Origin: Bythopirellula sp.
GTDB lineage: Bacteria; Planctomycetota; Planctomycetia; Pirellulales; Lacipirellulaceae
Length of the DNA: 64,000 bases
Assembly: GCA_965216565.1 (NCBI GenBank)
Contig: OZ244170.1
Span: forward strand, 672,001-736,000
Direction: 5' to 3'
Positions 31,601-40,951 of the stretch are shown here, one piece after another. The notes under the pieces are model-generated. The model worked only from the letters and a program-made list of their open reading frames with translations. It had not been told where the DNA came from and did no database searches. Each line of letters opens with the position of its first letter. The stretch's first letter is position 1. Made by a program: the position numbers and the translations under genes.

Positions 31601-33175
31601 TCAGTCTCGAGCTGATGATAGTGCGATCTGAATTTCTTCAATACTCATGTTCTTTGTCTCGACCAAAGTTAGCGCTAGGATGATCAGCCCTACAGCAACT
31701 GTCCCTGCGTAAAACAGGAAAATTGAAGTCATGCCCATGTTCTCCAATTGCCAGGGGAAAAAGAACTGTACTAACCAACTCGTTAAGCTCGTGACGATTG
31801 CAAAAAAAGGAATTGCCGTCCCACGCACTGAGACTGGGAAAAGTTCTGAAAATAAGACCCACATCACGGGGCCGACCGAGAAATGAAAAGCTGCGATGAA
31901 GCTAAGAATGCCTAGCAGTACAAGTTTGGCGTTGATGTTGATCGCTGCCTCTAAGAGCTTACTGAAATGCTTCGAGGTGTTTTCTTCACCAATTTCTTTG
32001 CGAAGTGCTTCTTTGAAATCAATGTCGGTTAGAAATTCTTTGCCAACGAGTGAGCTTAGCGAAGCGAATTCCGGATCATCCGCCATTTCAGCGACTTCAG
32101 ATTCAGTGAGGGTATAGCGGGCACCATGAAAAGCGTACGCACAAAGGCTAAGGCTAGCGATAATCCAGAGCATGCCCCAAAGTATGAGAGGCCGACGTCC
32201 TAGTTTGTCGACTAGCATCAAGCCAAGCACGGTGAATATGACGCTCGTCAATCCAATCCAAATTGCCTGGACAAATGCCGCGTTTTCTCCGATTCCTAAT
32301 TGTTTGAAAATAGTTTGGGCATAGAAGAGAACGGCGTTGATTCCAGAAGATTGCTGAGCGATGGCGATGGTCATCGCGATCACAAACGTCAAACGCATTG
32401 GCCTGCTAAATATTCCTGCCAGCTGAGAGAGAGTCGAGTGATCCTGCGAACTCTGCTGCATACTCTCTTGGATCTCTTCCACGTGTGCGGAGATTTGACC
32501 CTCGGGCATGATCTTCTGAAGTCGCAATTTTGCTTCGTCGACTCGTCCCCGATAAATCAGCCAATAGGGACTCTCAGGGATGATGAGAACCAAGCCCATC
32601 CAAATTAGACAGACGGGAATTTCAGCGCCCAACATCCATCGCCAGCAATTGTCTGGAGTCACTCCGAGCGACTCCACCCAGGGGATCCCAGCTCCCGCCA
32701 GATAATGGATGAGATAGGAAATGAAATAGGCCCCGGACAACCCAAAGACGATGTTGATCTGAGTCATTGAAACTAGCTTACCTCGCCACCTAGGCGGAGC
32801 GATCTCTCCGATATACATGGATGCCAGGGTGATTGAACTCCACCCCACGCCACCAAGAAACCGTGCTGCTACTAACGTCCAATAGTCTGGAGCCCAGGCT
32901 GAGCCGATCGCAGAGGCTAGGTAGAGTAGGGCAATCACAATAATCGCCTTCTTTCTACCAAACCGGTTGCATACGTAACTGGCGAATGGCAATGCCAACA
33001 GCACTCCCAAAGCGGGAGAAGCCACCGCAGTTCCCAACTGCTCGGCCGTCAGTTGGAACTCTGCTTTGATCATGTCGACTCCGCCAGAGATCAGGGCGGC
33101 ATCGAGTCCAAACACAAAGCCACCCATTGATACAATGGTGGCATAGATAAACGCGTTTCTAGTTTGCGACTCCAT
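31601..33175 (-). CDS. MFS sugar porter
   Basis: 'GGFVFGLDAALISG', 'MYIGEIAPP..RG', 'QQSSGINAVLFYA', 'DKLGRR', 'GPVMWVLFSELFP'. Confidence 0.93.
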   Translation of the reverse strand: MESQTRNAFIYATIVSMGGFVFGLDAALISGGVDMIKAEFQLTAEQLGTAVASPALGVLLALPFASYVCNRFGRKKAIIVIALLYLASAIGSAWAPDYWTLVAARFLGGVGWSSITLASMYIGEIAPPRWRGKLVSMTQINIVFGLSGAYFISYLIHYLAGAGIPWVESLGVTPDNCWRWMLGAEIPVCLIWMGLVLIIPESPYWLIYRGRVDEAKLRLQKIMPEGQISAHVEEIQESMQQSSQDHSTLSQLAGIFSRPMRLTFVIAMTIAIAQQSSGINAVLFYAQTIFKQLGIGENAAFVQAIWIGLTSVIFTVLGLMLVDKLGRRPLILWGMLWIIASLSLCAYAFHGARYTLTESEVAEMADDPEFASLSSLVGKEFLTDIDFKEALRKEIGEENTSKHFSKLLEAAININAKLVLLGILSFIAAFHFSVGPVMWVLFSELFPVSVRGTAIPFFAIVTSLTSWLVQFFFPWQLENMGMTSIFLFYAGTVAVGLIILALTLVETKNMSIEEIQIALSSARD

Positions 33176-33210
33176 ACTCTAGGTCTCAATTCTGGCGAGA
33201 GGACAGTCTT

Positions 33211-34704
33211 CTAAAGTTTTTCAATTTTCACTTGGTCGATAAACAGTGTTCCGCCGTTCCCTGAAACATCTTCCGGCTTGACGATTATGCGTGGACGGTC
33301 CTTGGGGCCCGAAGCATCGCGTCGACGAAAAGTACGTTCGAGAGTAACCCATTTGCCGGGCTCTACTTTAGCAAGTTCAAACGGCTTAAGCTCTACCCAA
33401 GGGTCCTCCAATAGTACCTGCAGTTTTCTGACATTGCAGTTTGGCTCCAGCCATACTTTCATTGAGAACGTGTACTCTCCGGGCTCGATTTTTGTAGAAC
33501 CATAGGGAGCAAACGCAACAGCCCGGTTTGGTATTTCCGCGGCGCACTCAAGTTTAAGAGCCTTGTTGCCACTGGAAGCCCTTTCGCCGACGATCGAAAA
33601 CATCGAACGAGAATCTTCTGGAATCCACCATTGCACAGACTTGCCGTCGACTGCAATCGGTTCTTCAAAGCTGAAGAATCGATCGCGCTCCGATAGGTCT
33701 GGTGCATTGTTAGCCCCTTCATTCTGCCAAACGCGTACATAGTCGATTTCAAAATCGACCACCCCGTCATCCTTCTCACCAGCCGGACTATTTTGCTCCA
33801 GATCCGCTTTGCTATCCGGCATGCCATGCCACGAAAAGGTTTCCATATCTAGCCAGATATGGATCGGTTTGGTAGCGACCCAGCCGTCGAAGGATCCCTC
33901 AACTTCTCGGTTTTCCCTGGTCCAGGCTCTTACTTCATCGGCAGAAACACTGGAGAACAATTTCCCATCGACGTAATACTTAACGCCTTTCTCGTCCCAC
34001 TCCACTCCATACACATGGAATGCATCGGCGACCCGGAACCCTAAGTCTTTTCGTTCCGTATATGCTGGTTTGCCCTTGAGCGTTTTCCAATCTCGGATTG
34101 ACCACCAAAGCTGGCTGTCCAGGTGGTCTTTCCCCTTGTTCCTACCATCGCCGAACTGTTCGAAGAAATCGAATTCTAAATTATCTCCGGTCGACCAGAA
34201 GGCACTGGAGATTTCCGCGTCAGCTGCTTTGCTTCTGGTTTCGATATAGCCGTACTTAAAAGATCTTCGCCCTATGAAACATGGCGTGGTGATATTTTCG
34301 TAGGGTAAAGCCTCACCAAATGTCGGCACTTTGATTTCGTCGCTGAAAGGAAAGTCTGGTTCCCAGCGGACTTCTAATTTGAGCACTCCGTCCTCTAAGC
34401 GGTAATTCCGACCAGAGAATTGTGAGGGGGCTCTGCCCTTCCAGACATTTTTTTGAGGGAGATCAGGATGTTTGTAGACAGGCTTACCATCTTCAAATTT
34501 ACCAACGATGTACCAGCGCTCTTCGTCGACAGCGTCATCTTCAAATTCGTCGCTAACGTCTTCGTTGTAGATCCACTCACCTACATTCTGAGCATCGGAC
34601 ATCGGGTGAACGTCGGTTAGATCCGCGGCGATACCGATCTGTACTGCATGAAGCGACAGCAGGGCCAAGGCTAGCAACGCTTGGGTTATATTGATAATGG
34701 TCAC
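33211..34704 (-). CDS. Exported GH16 (GH16_13-like, furcellaran/beta-carrageenan-type) with C-terminal CBM-like domain
   Basis: Signal peptide, 'SDEFE', 'WKGRAPSQF', catalytic 'EFDFFE', 'FHVYGVEW', 'IDYVRVWQ', then a beta-sandwich tail ending 'LFIDQVKIE'. Confidence 0.82.
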   Translation of the reverse strand: MTIINITQALLALALLSLHAVQIGIAADLTDVHPMSDAQNVGEWIYNEDVSDEFEDDAVDEERWYIVGKFEDGKPVYKHPDLPQKNVWKGRAPSQFSGRNYRLEDGVLKLEVRWEPDFPFSDEIKVPTFGEALPYENITTPCFIGRRSFKYGYIETRSKAADAEISSAFWSTGDNLEFDFFEQFGDGRNKGKDHLDSQLWWSIRDWKTLKGKPAYTERKDLGFRVADAFHVYGVEWDEKGVKYYVDGKLFSSVSADEVRAWTRENREVEGSFDGWVATKPIHIWLDMETFSWHGMPDSKADLEQNSPAGEKDDGVVDFEIDYVRVWQNEGANNAPDLSERDRFFSFEEPIAVDGKSVQWWIPEDSRSMFSIVGERASSGNKALKLECAAEIPNRAVAFAPYGSTKIEPGEYTFSMKVWLEPNCNVRKLQVLLEDPWVELKPFELAKVEPGKWVTLERTFRRRDASGPKDRPRIIVKPEDVSGNGGTLFIDQVKIEKL

Positions 34705-36143
34705 TGTGTGTCCTTAGTGTGTTCAATCGAGATGTCATCGATGTAGAGAGCACCGGCGCCCTCAGGGATGTCTTTCTTCAAGAAACGTAGACGTAGACGA
34801 TCCTTATCTCCTGAGGCAGAGTTGCGACTGAAATTCTGCTTGAGAGTAATCCACGTGCCTTTCTCCACTTTGGATAGGTCGAAAGGCTCGAGCGTCACCT
34901 CAGGATCTGCCAAGCTTACGTTAAGTGACTTCACATCGCAGTCCTCGGTAAGCAATACTTTTAAGGAGATCTGGTACTCCCCGGCGGGGATTTCTACCGC
35001 TTGGGTTGGCGTTACGATCGACACATTGCCCAGGATGTCCTTGGGGGCGAACTTTAAACTCTTGATTCCTTGGATAGCTTGTTCTTTGGTGTAAGAGAAG
35101 TACGGCAAAGCATGTTCGCCGATTTCCCAGAACTTCTGGTACTCGTTGACCTCACTGCTTTCAGGAACCAGGTCCAAGGGAATCGGCTGGTCGGTAAATA
35201 GAATGGGACCTTCGAATCCGAAAAACTGCCGGGCAAGAAGATTCGGCTGCGGCTTTTGCCAGACGCGGATATAGTCGATTTCATAGTAAGAGGGGAGTTC
35301 CTCCTGATGCGGCAAGCCTAGCCAGACAAAGATTTCGCTGTCGAAGTAGATCTCTAGCGGATTGTTCAGTACCCAATCTTTTCCTTCTGCCTTTTGGGTC
35401 GTCTCGTAGTAAAGCTCGCCATCGACAAACAGTTTCAAATAGTCTTCGCCCCATTCGCAACCATAAACATGGAAATCGTCTGCCACGCGGAACGGCAACT
35501 TCTTGTTAAAGCCAAACCGACGAGTCGGGCGCTTAGCCGGCGGAGACCAGTTGTGGACCGACGCTTTCCAATTGTCAGTTTGAATATTTCCCTCAATCTT
35601 TGGCTCCCCGATTTGCTCGTAGATATCGAGCTCCGATTCGTAGCCGAGGGCCCAGAAAGCACTAGTCATGTTGGAGTCTGAGGCCTTAGTACGTGCTTCC
35701 ATATATCCGTACAGAAAGCGGTGCTTGCTAATGATCCCGCCGGTGGTGATAGGCATCGGCTTGCCCTCCCACTCGCCATACTTGTCGTTGCGGGTGCCGT
35801 CGGCGTAGTTGCCCTCGTAGAATTCAAATTCGGGTTCCCATTGGGAGCGAATCTTTAGAACGCCGTCCTCTTGGTACACATTGTGAGCCGCATACTGCGA
35901 AGGGGGGCGGCCCTTCCAAATGTAATACTGATTATTCTCGCCCTGCACGAACCACTTATCTTGATCCAATTTTTCGTTGTCAAACTCGTCACTGACTCTT
36001 GGGTTGAGCGACCAGCCTCCCTCGTTCTCGGGATCGGAAAGAGGGAAGGCCTCTGAATCGTCAGCAGAGTTTGCGGCATCGACGCAAACAAAGCCTAGAA
36101 GTAACGGTATGAAGCACAGGAAGAATATGTTAGTCCGCAGCAT
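34701..36143 (-). CDS. Exported GH16 (GH16_13-like) with C-terminal CBM-like domain
   Basis: 'SDEFD', 'YIWKGRPPSQY', catalytic 'ELDIYE', 'FHVYGCEW', 'IDYIRVWQ', tail 'LYIDDISIE'. Likely start is MLRTNIFF. Confidence 0.82.
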   Translation of the reverse strand: MLRTNIFFLCFIPLLLGFVCVDAANSADDSEAFPLSDPENEGGWSLNPRVSDEFDNEKLDQDKWFVQGENNQYYIWKGRPPSQYAAHNVYQEDGVLKIRSQWEPEFEFYEGNYADGTRNDKYGEWEGKPMPITTGGIISKHRFLYGYMEARTKASDSNMTSAFWALGYESELDIYEQIGEPKIEGNIQTDNWKASVHNWSPPAKRPTRRFGFNKKLPFRVADDFHVYGCEWGEDYLKLFVDGELYYETTQKAEGKDWVLNNPLEIYFDSEIFVWLGLPHQEELPSYYEIDYIRVWQKPQPNLLARQFFGFEGPILFTDQPIPLDLVPESSEVNEYQKFWEIGEHALPYFSYTKEQAIQGIKSLKFAPKDILGNVSIVTPTQAVEIPAGEYQISLKVLLTEDCDVKSLNVSLADPEVTLEPFDLSKVEKGTWITLKQNFSRNSASGDKDRLRLRFLKKDIPEGAGALYIDDISIEHTKDTQ

Positions 36144-36167
36144 TCTTGATCTCCAAACTTGCAATAC

Positions 36168-37598
36168 TCAGTCGAGTGAAAAAGTTTCATCAAAATGGGG
36201 CATAGCTGCCTCGTTCCATTTGTCACGAGTCGTCAGGTCATGGAACCATTTTGGCTGAGTATGGCTGCGGCTTTTCTGCTCCGCCTTCTCGACCAACTTT
36301 GCAAGAATCTCTGGATGAGAATCACTTAAGTCCGTTGTCTCGCTAATATCCTTGTCGATGTTGAAGAGTTTCCACCCCTGTTGGTAGACTCGGCAGATCT
36401 TCCATTGGTCCTGGCGGGCCCCCACGTCGGTATAGCCATCGCGGTGTCTTACGGCGTAAATCATTTCCCCGGGACGGGAATCGCGTCCCTCCTGAAAATG
36501 AGGCCAGATATCCTTCCCGTCCAGGTGTTTCTCAGCGGGGATGACTGCGTCTGCCAGTCCCGCGAACGTAGGATAAAAGTCCAGTGCAGAAACTGGATAA
36601 TCGTAGCGTGTGCCAGCCTGGATACTACCCGGCCAGTGAAACAACATCGGCACACGATAGCCGCCTTCGTGCGCACTGCCTTTGCCTTCCTTGAGGGGTG
36701 TATTTCTACCGCCCTGATCTGTTCTGCCACCGTTGTCGCTTAGAAAAATGACAAGTGTGTCCTTCAACTCTCCTGATTCTTTGAGGGCATTAGTAAGATT
36801 CCCTACTCCGCGATCAATGGCGTGCACCATCGCTGCATATATACGTCGTTTTTCATCACGGATGTGTGAGTATTCCGCGATATCGCTTTCTTTCGCTTCG
36901 AGTGGTGTGTGGGGAGCATTGTATGCGACATAGAGAAAAAACGGTTGATCTCGTTTAGCGGCATCCTTTACAAACCGTACTGCTTCGCGCGACAGAGCGT
37001 CGGTAATGTATTCAGTTTCGTCCACCTCGGTGCCATTGTGCTCCAGTGGTGTGATGTAGTCCCAGATCTCCTTAGCACCCGATTCAAGTTGTTTCTCGTA
37101 AGCTGCCTTGTATTGTTCTGGAAAATAACGATGACCCCCGCCAAGAAAACCGTAGTAATCATCGAAGCCTCGATTATTCGGGTGATATTGCGGTTCGGTA
37201 CCCATGTGCCACTTACCAATGGCCCCGGTATAGTATCCGGCAGACTGTAGAACCGTGCTGATCAACGTTTCATTGACGTCGATGCCTTGTCGGTAATACT
37301 CCTCGTTTCCATTTCCAGTTCCTGGAAGATTAAACGGTGCCCCAAATTCATGCGGGTAGCGGCCTGTCATCATGCCCATACGGCTGGGACCGCAGAATGG
37401 ATGAGCCACGTACGCCGACGTGAAGGTCGCGCCGTTCTTGGCTAGCTGATCTAACTGGGGAGTCTTAATGTCGGTAGACCCATTAAATCCAACGTCGGCA
37501 TAGCCAAGGTCATCGGCCATGATCAGCACGATGTTTGGCCGGTCCGCTTGGGCGGTGGCAGCTACAAGAGTTAAAAGGAGTACTAACGTCGATTTCAT
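36168..37598 (-). CDS. Exported S1 sulfatase (S1_19-like; candidate carrageenan galactose-4-sulfate sulfatase)
   Basis: Signal MKSTLVLLL..., 'AHPFCGPSR', 'GRYPH.FG..FNLP', 'YYGFLGGGH.YFP', 'YITPLEHNG...YITDALSREA'. Resembles, from memory, Pseudoalteromonas S1_19A. Confidence 0.88.
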   Translation of the reverse strand: MKSTLVLLLTLVAATAQADRPNIVLIMADDLGYADVGFNGSTDIKTPQLDQLAKNGATFTSAYVAHPFCGPSRMGMMTGRYPHEFGAPFNLPGTGNGNEEYYRQGIDVNETLISTVLQSAGYYTGAIGKWHMGTEPQYHPNNRGFDDYYGFLGGGHRYFPEQYKAAYEKQLESGAKEIWDYITPLEHNGTEVDETEYITDALSREAVRFVKDAAKRDQPFFLYVAYNAPHTPLEAKESDIAEYSHIRDEKRRIYAAMVHAIDRGVGNLTNALKESGELKDTLVIFLSDNGGRTDQGGRNTPLKEGKGSAHEGGYRVPMLFHWPGSIQAGTRYDYPVSALDFYPTFAGLADAVIPAEKHLDGKDIWPHFQEGRDSRPGEMIYAVRHRDGYTDVGARQDQWKICRVYQQGWKLFNIDKDISETTDLSDSHPEILAKLVEKAEQKSRSHTQPKWFHDLTTRDKWNEAAMPHFDETFSLD

Positions 37599-37608
37599 CA
37601 GGCGCTCA

Positions 37609-39009
37609 TTAATAAGTTGGGGAGGGTGGCTTTTGGAATTCGTCTGCTCGTCTGGCGGACCATCCTTCTTCTGCACGTCGCAACATGAAAAGGGGTCGCT
37701 CGAGCGTCAATTCCCAGGTGAACAGTTTTCTAAAGAGGGCAGCCACTCGATCCGGATACTCGGCAGCTAAGTTGTTCTGTTCGCTGGGATCTTTGCCGAT
37801 GTCGTAGAGTTGAGGAGGCCGATCGGGAAAGCGAAGCAGTTTCCAATCCCCGTCCCGGATTGCTCCCCGTGATTCCATTTTCCAATAGAGAGTTTCGTGC
37901 GGTCGCTCCTGCTTGTTACCTTGCAAATAGGGTATGAGATCTACGCCATCGATACCTTCGATAGATTCAGGATCACCTCCAGCTGCTTTTACAAAAGTGG
38001 GAAGTAGATCGAGCGCAGTCAAAGGCTTATCGTATCTCGAATCTGGGGCTAACTTGCCGGGCCACGAAACAATGCCTGGTACACGAATGCCACCTTCTAA
38101 TTGTGTCCCTTTCACTCCACTTAGTGGGTAGTTGCTGGATCCGTTTCGATCCATGGGGCCACCGTTGTCGTTCGTAAATACGATCAGCGTATTCTCTTTC
38201 AGGCCAAGCTGATCGAGTTTTTCTATAATCTGGCCGCAGGCGCGATCCAGGGAAAGCATCATCTGAGCCGCAACTTGCCGATCACCTTCGAGCTGTGAGA
38301 ACTTGCCTTTGTCTTGGGGGTTGGCCTGCATGGGAGTGTGGACCGCGTTGAACGAAACAAATGCAAAGAAGGGTTCATCCTGGTTTCTTTCGATGAATTC
38401 GCAAGAAGCATCTGCCAGGGCATTGGTCAAATAGCCCTCGTGTTCCTTGTAATTCTCAAAATCTCGTTCAATCAAATTCTCGTGCGGCTCGGAGCTAGGA
38501 TTGGAAAAGGGAAAGAAGCTTCTGGCACCTCCACGAAAGCCATAAAACTCGTCGAATCCTCGCTTCAAGGGGTGATATCGATTCGCTACGCCTTGGTGCC
38601 ACTTGCCAAACACGCCGGTACGATAACCGAGTGTCTGCAGGTGATCGCCGATAGTTTTCTGATCTATCGGTAACCCCATCTCATCGCCCAGCAGCTTACT
38701 ACTAGAGCTCATGACACCAGGCACGTTTATTTCTTCGTAGCCAAATCGTTGTTGATACTTCCCGGTGAGCATACCCGCTCGGGATGGTCCACAACTTGCT
38801 CCTGTCATATAGAACTGCGAAAGCAGAACTCCAGATTTCGCAAGTTCATCGAGATGGGGCGTTTCAAAATGATGGCTGTCGTGAAAACCGAAATCCCCGT
38901 ACCCAGCATCGTCGGCAAACAGCAGGACGATGTTTGGTTTCTGTGCAGCTATGGATTTCGTAGTCAGTACGCTAATCAGCGCGACGAAACAGAAAAAAAT
39001 TCGATTCAT
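37609..39009 (-). CDS. Exported S1 sulfatase (S1_19-like, second 4-sulfatase candidate)
   Basis: 'DDAGYGDFGF', 'CGPSRAGMLTGKYQQRFG.EE.NVPG.MS', 'FYGFRGGARS', 'LLRFPDRP'. Confidence 0.88.
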   Translation of the reverse strand: MNRIFFCFVALISVLTTKSIAAQKPNIVLLFADDAGYGDFGFHDSHHFETPHLDELAKSGVLLSQFYMTGASCGPSRAGMLTGKYQQRFGYEEINVPGVMSSSSKLLGDEMGLPIDQKTIGDHLQTLGYRTGVFGKWHQGVANRYHPLKRGFDEFYGFRGGARSFFPFSNPSSEPHENLIERDFENYKEHEGYLTNALADASCEFIERNQDEPFFAFVSFNAVHTPMQANPQDKGKFSQLEGDRQVAAQMMLSLDRACGQIIEKLDQLGLKENTLIVFTNDNGGPMDRNGSSNYPLSGVKGTQLEGGIRVPGIVSWPGKLAPDSRYDKPLTALDLLPTFVKAAGGDPESIEGIDGVDLIPYLQGNKQERPHETLYWKMESRGAIRDGDWKLLRFPDRPPQLYDIGKDPSEQNNLAAEYPDRVAALFRKLFTWELTLERPLFMLRRAEEGWSARRADEFQKPPSPTY

Positions 39010-39092
39010 ATCCCTTGGACCGATAATAAAGTGGGGAGTATTGGGCTTATCAAAAAAGATCAGGAGCCTTGAGAATAAAAAAATTGCCTCTG

Positions 39093-40181
39093 TTAACGCA
39101 CCACGCGCCCAGAGGCACTGCCACCCATGAGCGCCTCGACTTCAGCCCTTGTGGAGTAATTGAAATCACCTTTGATCGAATGCTTCAAACAAGAGGCGGC
39201 TACCGCGTACCTGACGGCTGTGGAGGGCTCGCTCAGCTCCGACGTTGTTAATGCAAAAATCAGCCCACCGGCAAACGAATCTCCCCCTCCCACGCGATCG
39301 ACAATGTTTTTTATTTCATGGGGCGAGTACTCGCCGTCCGCGTCTAGAGGTGCGTAATGGGCTTGTTGGTTCTGGGCATCGTAGAGCATCGCTCCCCAAT
39401 TGTTGTGGGTTGCGGAAACACTCTCGCGAAGTGTAATCGCTACTCGAGAGACGTTAGGAAACTGTTGCACAACTTGCCGCGCGACGTCAGGATAGCGAGA
39501 TGTATCGAGCTTTCCTTGATGAACATCTGTGTTGGCGGCCTGGATTCCCAAGACGTCGTGGCAATCTTCTTCGTTGGCAATCACTAAATCGATGTGTGGT
39601 AGTAGCTTTCGCATTGTCTCTTGAGCCAGTTCTCGCGGAGTATTTCCCTCGCTCCACTTCCACAGCTTGCCGCGAAAGTTCAGGTCGATAGAGACAGGTA
39701 TGCCTGCAGTCTTGGCTTTTTGAGCAGCCAGCAAAGTGGCCTCAGAGGCATTCTTCGAAATTGCTGGAGTGATCCCGCTGAGATGCAACCATCCGGCATC
39801 ATCAAAGATGGAGTCCCAGTCGTATTGATCGGGCGGAGTAAGCGCAACTGCGGAATCTGCCCGATCGTAGAGCACGTTGCTGGGGCGTTGATTGGCACCG
39901 GTTTCTAAAAAGTAAAGTCCCAGACGCCCGCTTTCAGTACGCAAGATGAATTGTGTATCAACTCCCAATGCCCGAACCGAATCTACGGTAGCATCTGCCA
40001 AGGCGTGCTTAGGCAAAGCGGTGACATAGCGGGCCGTTCCACCAAAGTTGCAGATCGATACTGCAACACTGGCTTCGGAACCAGCGTAGGTCATCTCGAA
40101 GTCACGAGCCTGACGCAATCGCAGGTTCTGAGGAGTCGCTAGCCGACCCATGATCTCACCGAATGTAACTACCGGTTTCAT
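39093..40181 (-). CDS. PfkB-family 2-keto-3-deoxy-sugar-acid kinase (KdgK-like; likely acts on KDGal here)
   Basis: 'VTFGEIMGRL', 'GLYFLETGA', 'DLNFRGKLW', 'VDRVGGGDSFAGG'. Confidence 0.9.
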   Translation of the reverse strand: MKPVVTFGEIMGRLATPQNLRLRQARDFEMTYAGSEASVAVSICNFGGTARYVTALPKHALADATVDSVRALGVDTQFILRTESGRLGLYFLETGANQRPSNVLYDRADSAVALTPPDQYDWDSIFDDAGWLHLSGITPAISKNASEATLLAAQKAKTAGIPVSIDLNFRGKLWKWSEGNTPRELAQETMRKLLPHIDLVIANEEDCHDVLGIQAANTDVHQGKLDTSRYPDVARQVVQQFPNVSRVAITLRESVSATHNNWGAMLYDAQNQQAHYAPLDADGEYSPHEIKNIVDRVGGGDSFAGGLIFALTTSELSEPSTAVRYAVAASCLKHSIKGDFNYSTRAEVEALMGGSASGRVVR

Positions 40182-40219
40182 TCACACGCTCCAAATACTT
40201 AAATGCACAACCATGATCG

Positions 40220-40939
40220 TTAGATAGTTTCAATGACTGAACTAGGATTCCCATCAAAACTAGACGAAACCGGTGCGTGTTTGCGGTTCAGCACGTTTCG
40301 CACATCAGTAGCCTGGGCAATGATCTTTACCCAATCTTCGTTGATAACAGACTCGGATTGAACAATCCAAGAACCTCCGACGGCTGGTATGTTCGGCTCA
40401 CTTAGGTAGTCGAGAATATTCGTAGAGTTCACCCCTCCGAGTGGGAAGTATTCGATACCAAGGTGGCTATAGGGAGCCGCCATGCTGCGGAGATAGCGCA
40501 CCCCGCCTAATTGCTCAGCAGGAAAAAACTTTACGAATCGGCACCCTAGATCGACTGCGGATTCCAATTCTGAAGGAGTTGCAATTCCCGGAGCGAAGGG
40601 CAGTCCCGCCTGCTTGGCTGCTTTTACGACACGTGGATTTAAGCCTGGAGCAACTCCAAAATCTGCACCTAATTCTTTGACTTCAGTTGCTGCTTCGGGA
40701 GTGAGGATTGTGCCAACTCCAACGAGCATATCCGGCACTTCTTGGCAGACTGCTTTCACAGCCTGCAGTGCAATTGGTGTTCTTAGCGTGAGTTCGATGG
40801 CAGTCACACCGCCGGCCAGCAATGCCTCGGCAATCGGTACAGCGTGCTCGATCTTTTCGACAGAAAAGCCAGCTACAACGCCCGCGGCTCTTAATCGATC
40901 GAGGACTTCTTGAGGGAAAATATCTGACATTATGTTCAT
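40220..40939 (-). CDS. KDPG/KDPGal aldolase (Eda family)
   Basis: 'IELTLRTP', 'VGVGT', 'PGIATPSE', Schiff-base 'KFFPA', 'GGSW'. Confidence 0.92.
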   Translation of the reverse strand: MNIMSDIFPQEVLDRLRAAGVVAGFSVEKIEHAVPIAEALLAGGVTAIELTLRTPIALQAVKAVCQEVPDMLVGVGTILTPEAATEVKELGADFGVAPGLNPRVVKAAKQAGLPFAPGIATPSELESAVDLGCRFVKFFPAEQLGGVRYLRSMAAPYSHLGIEYFPLGGVNSTNILDYLSEPNIPAVGGSWIVQSESVINEDWVKIIAQATDVRNVLNRKHAPVSSSFDGNPSSVIETI

Positions 40940-40951
40940 TTCGTTAGAGGA

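Noticed and set aside
37599..37676. Longer N-terminus for the 36168 sulfatase
   Set aside because: It overlaps the upstream gene. The signal peptide starts at ATG 37598.
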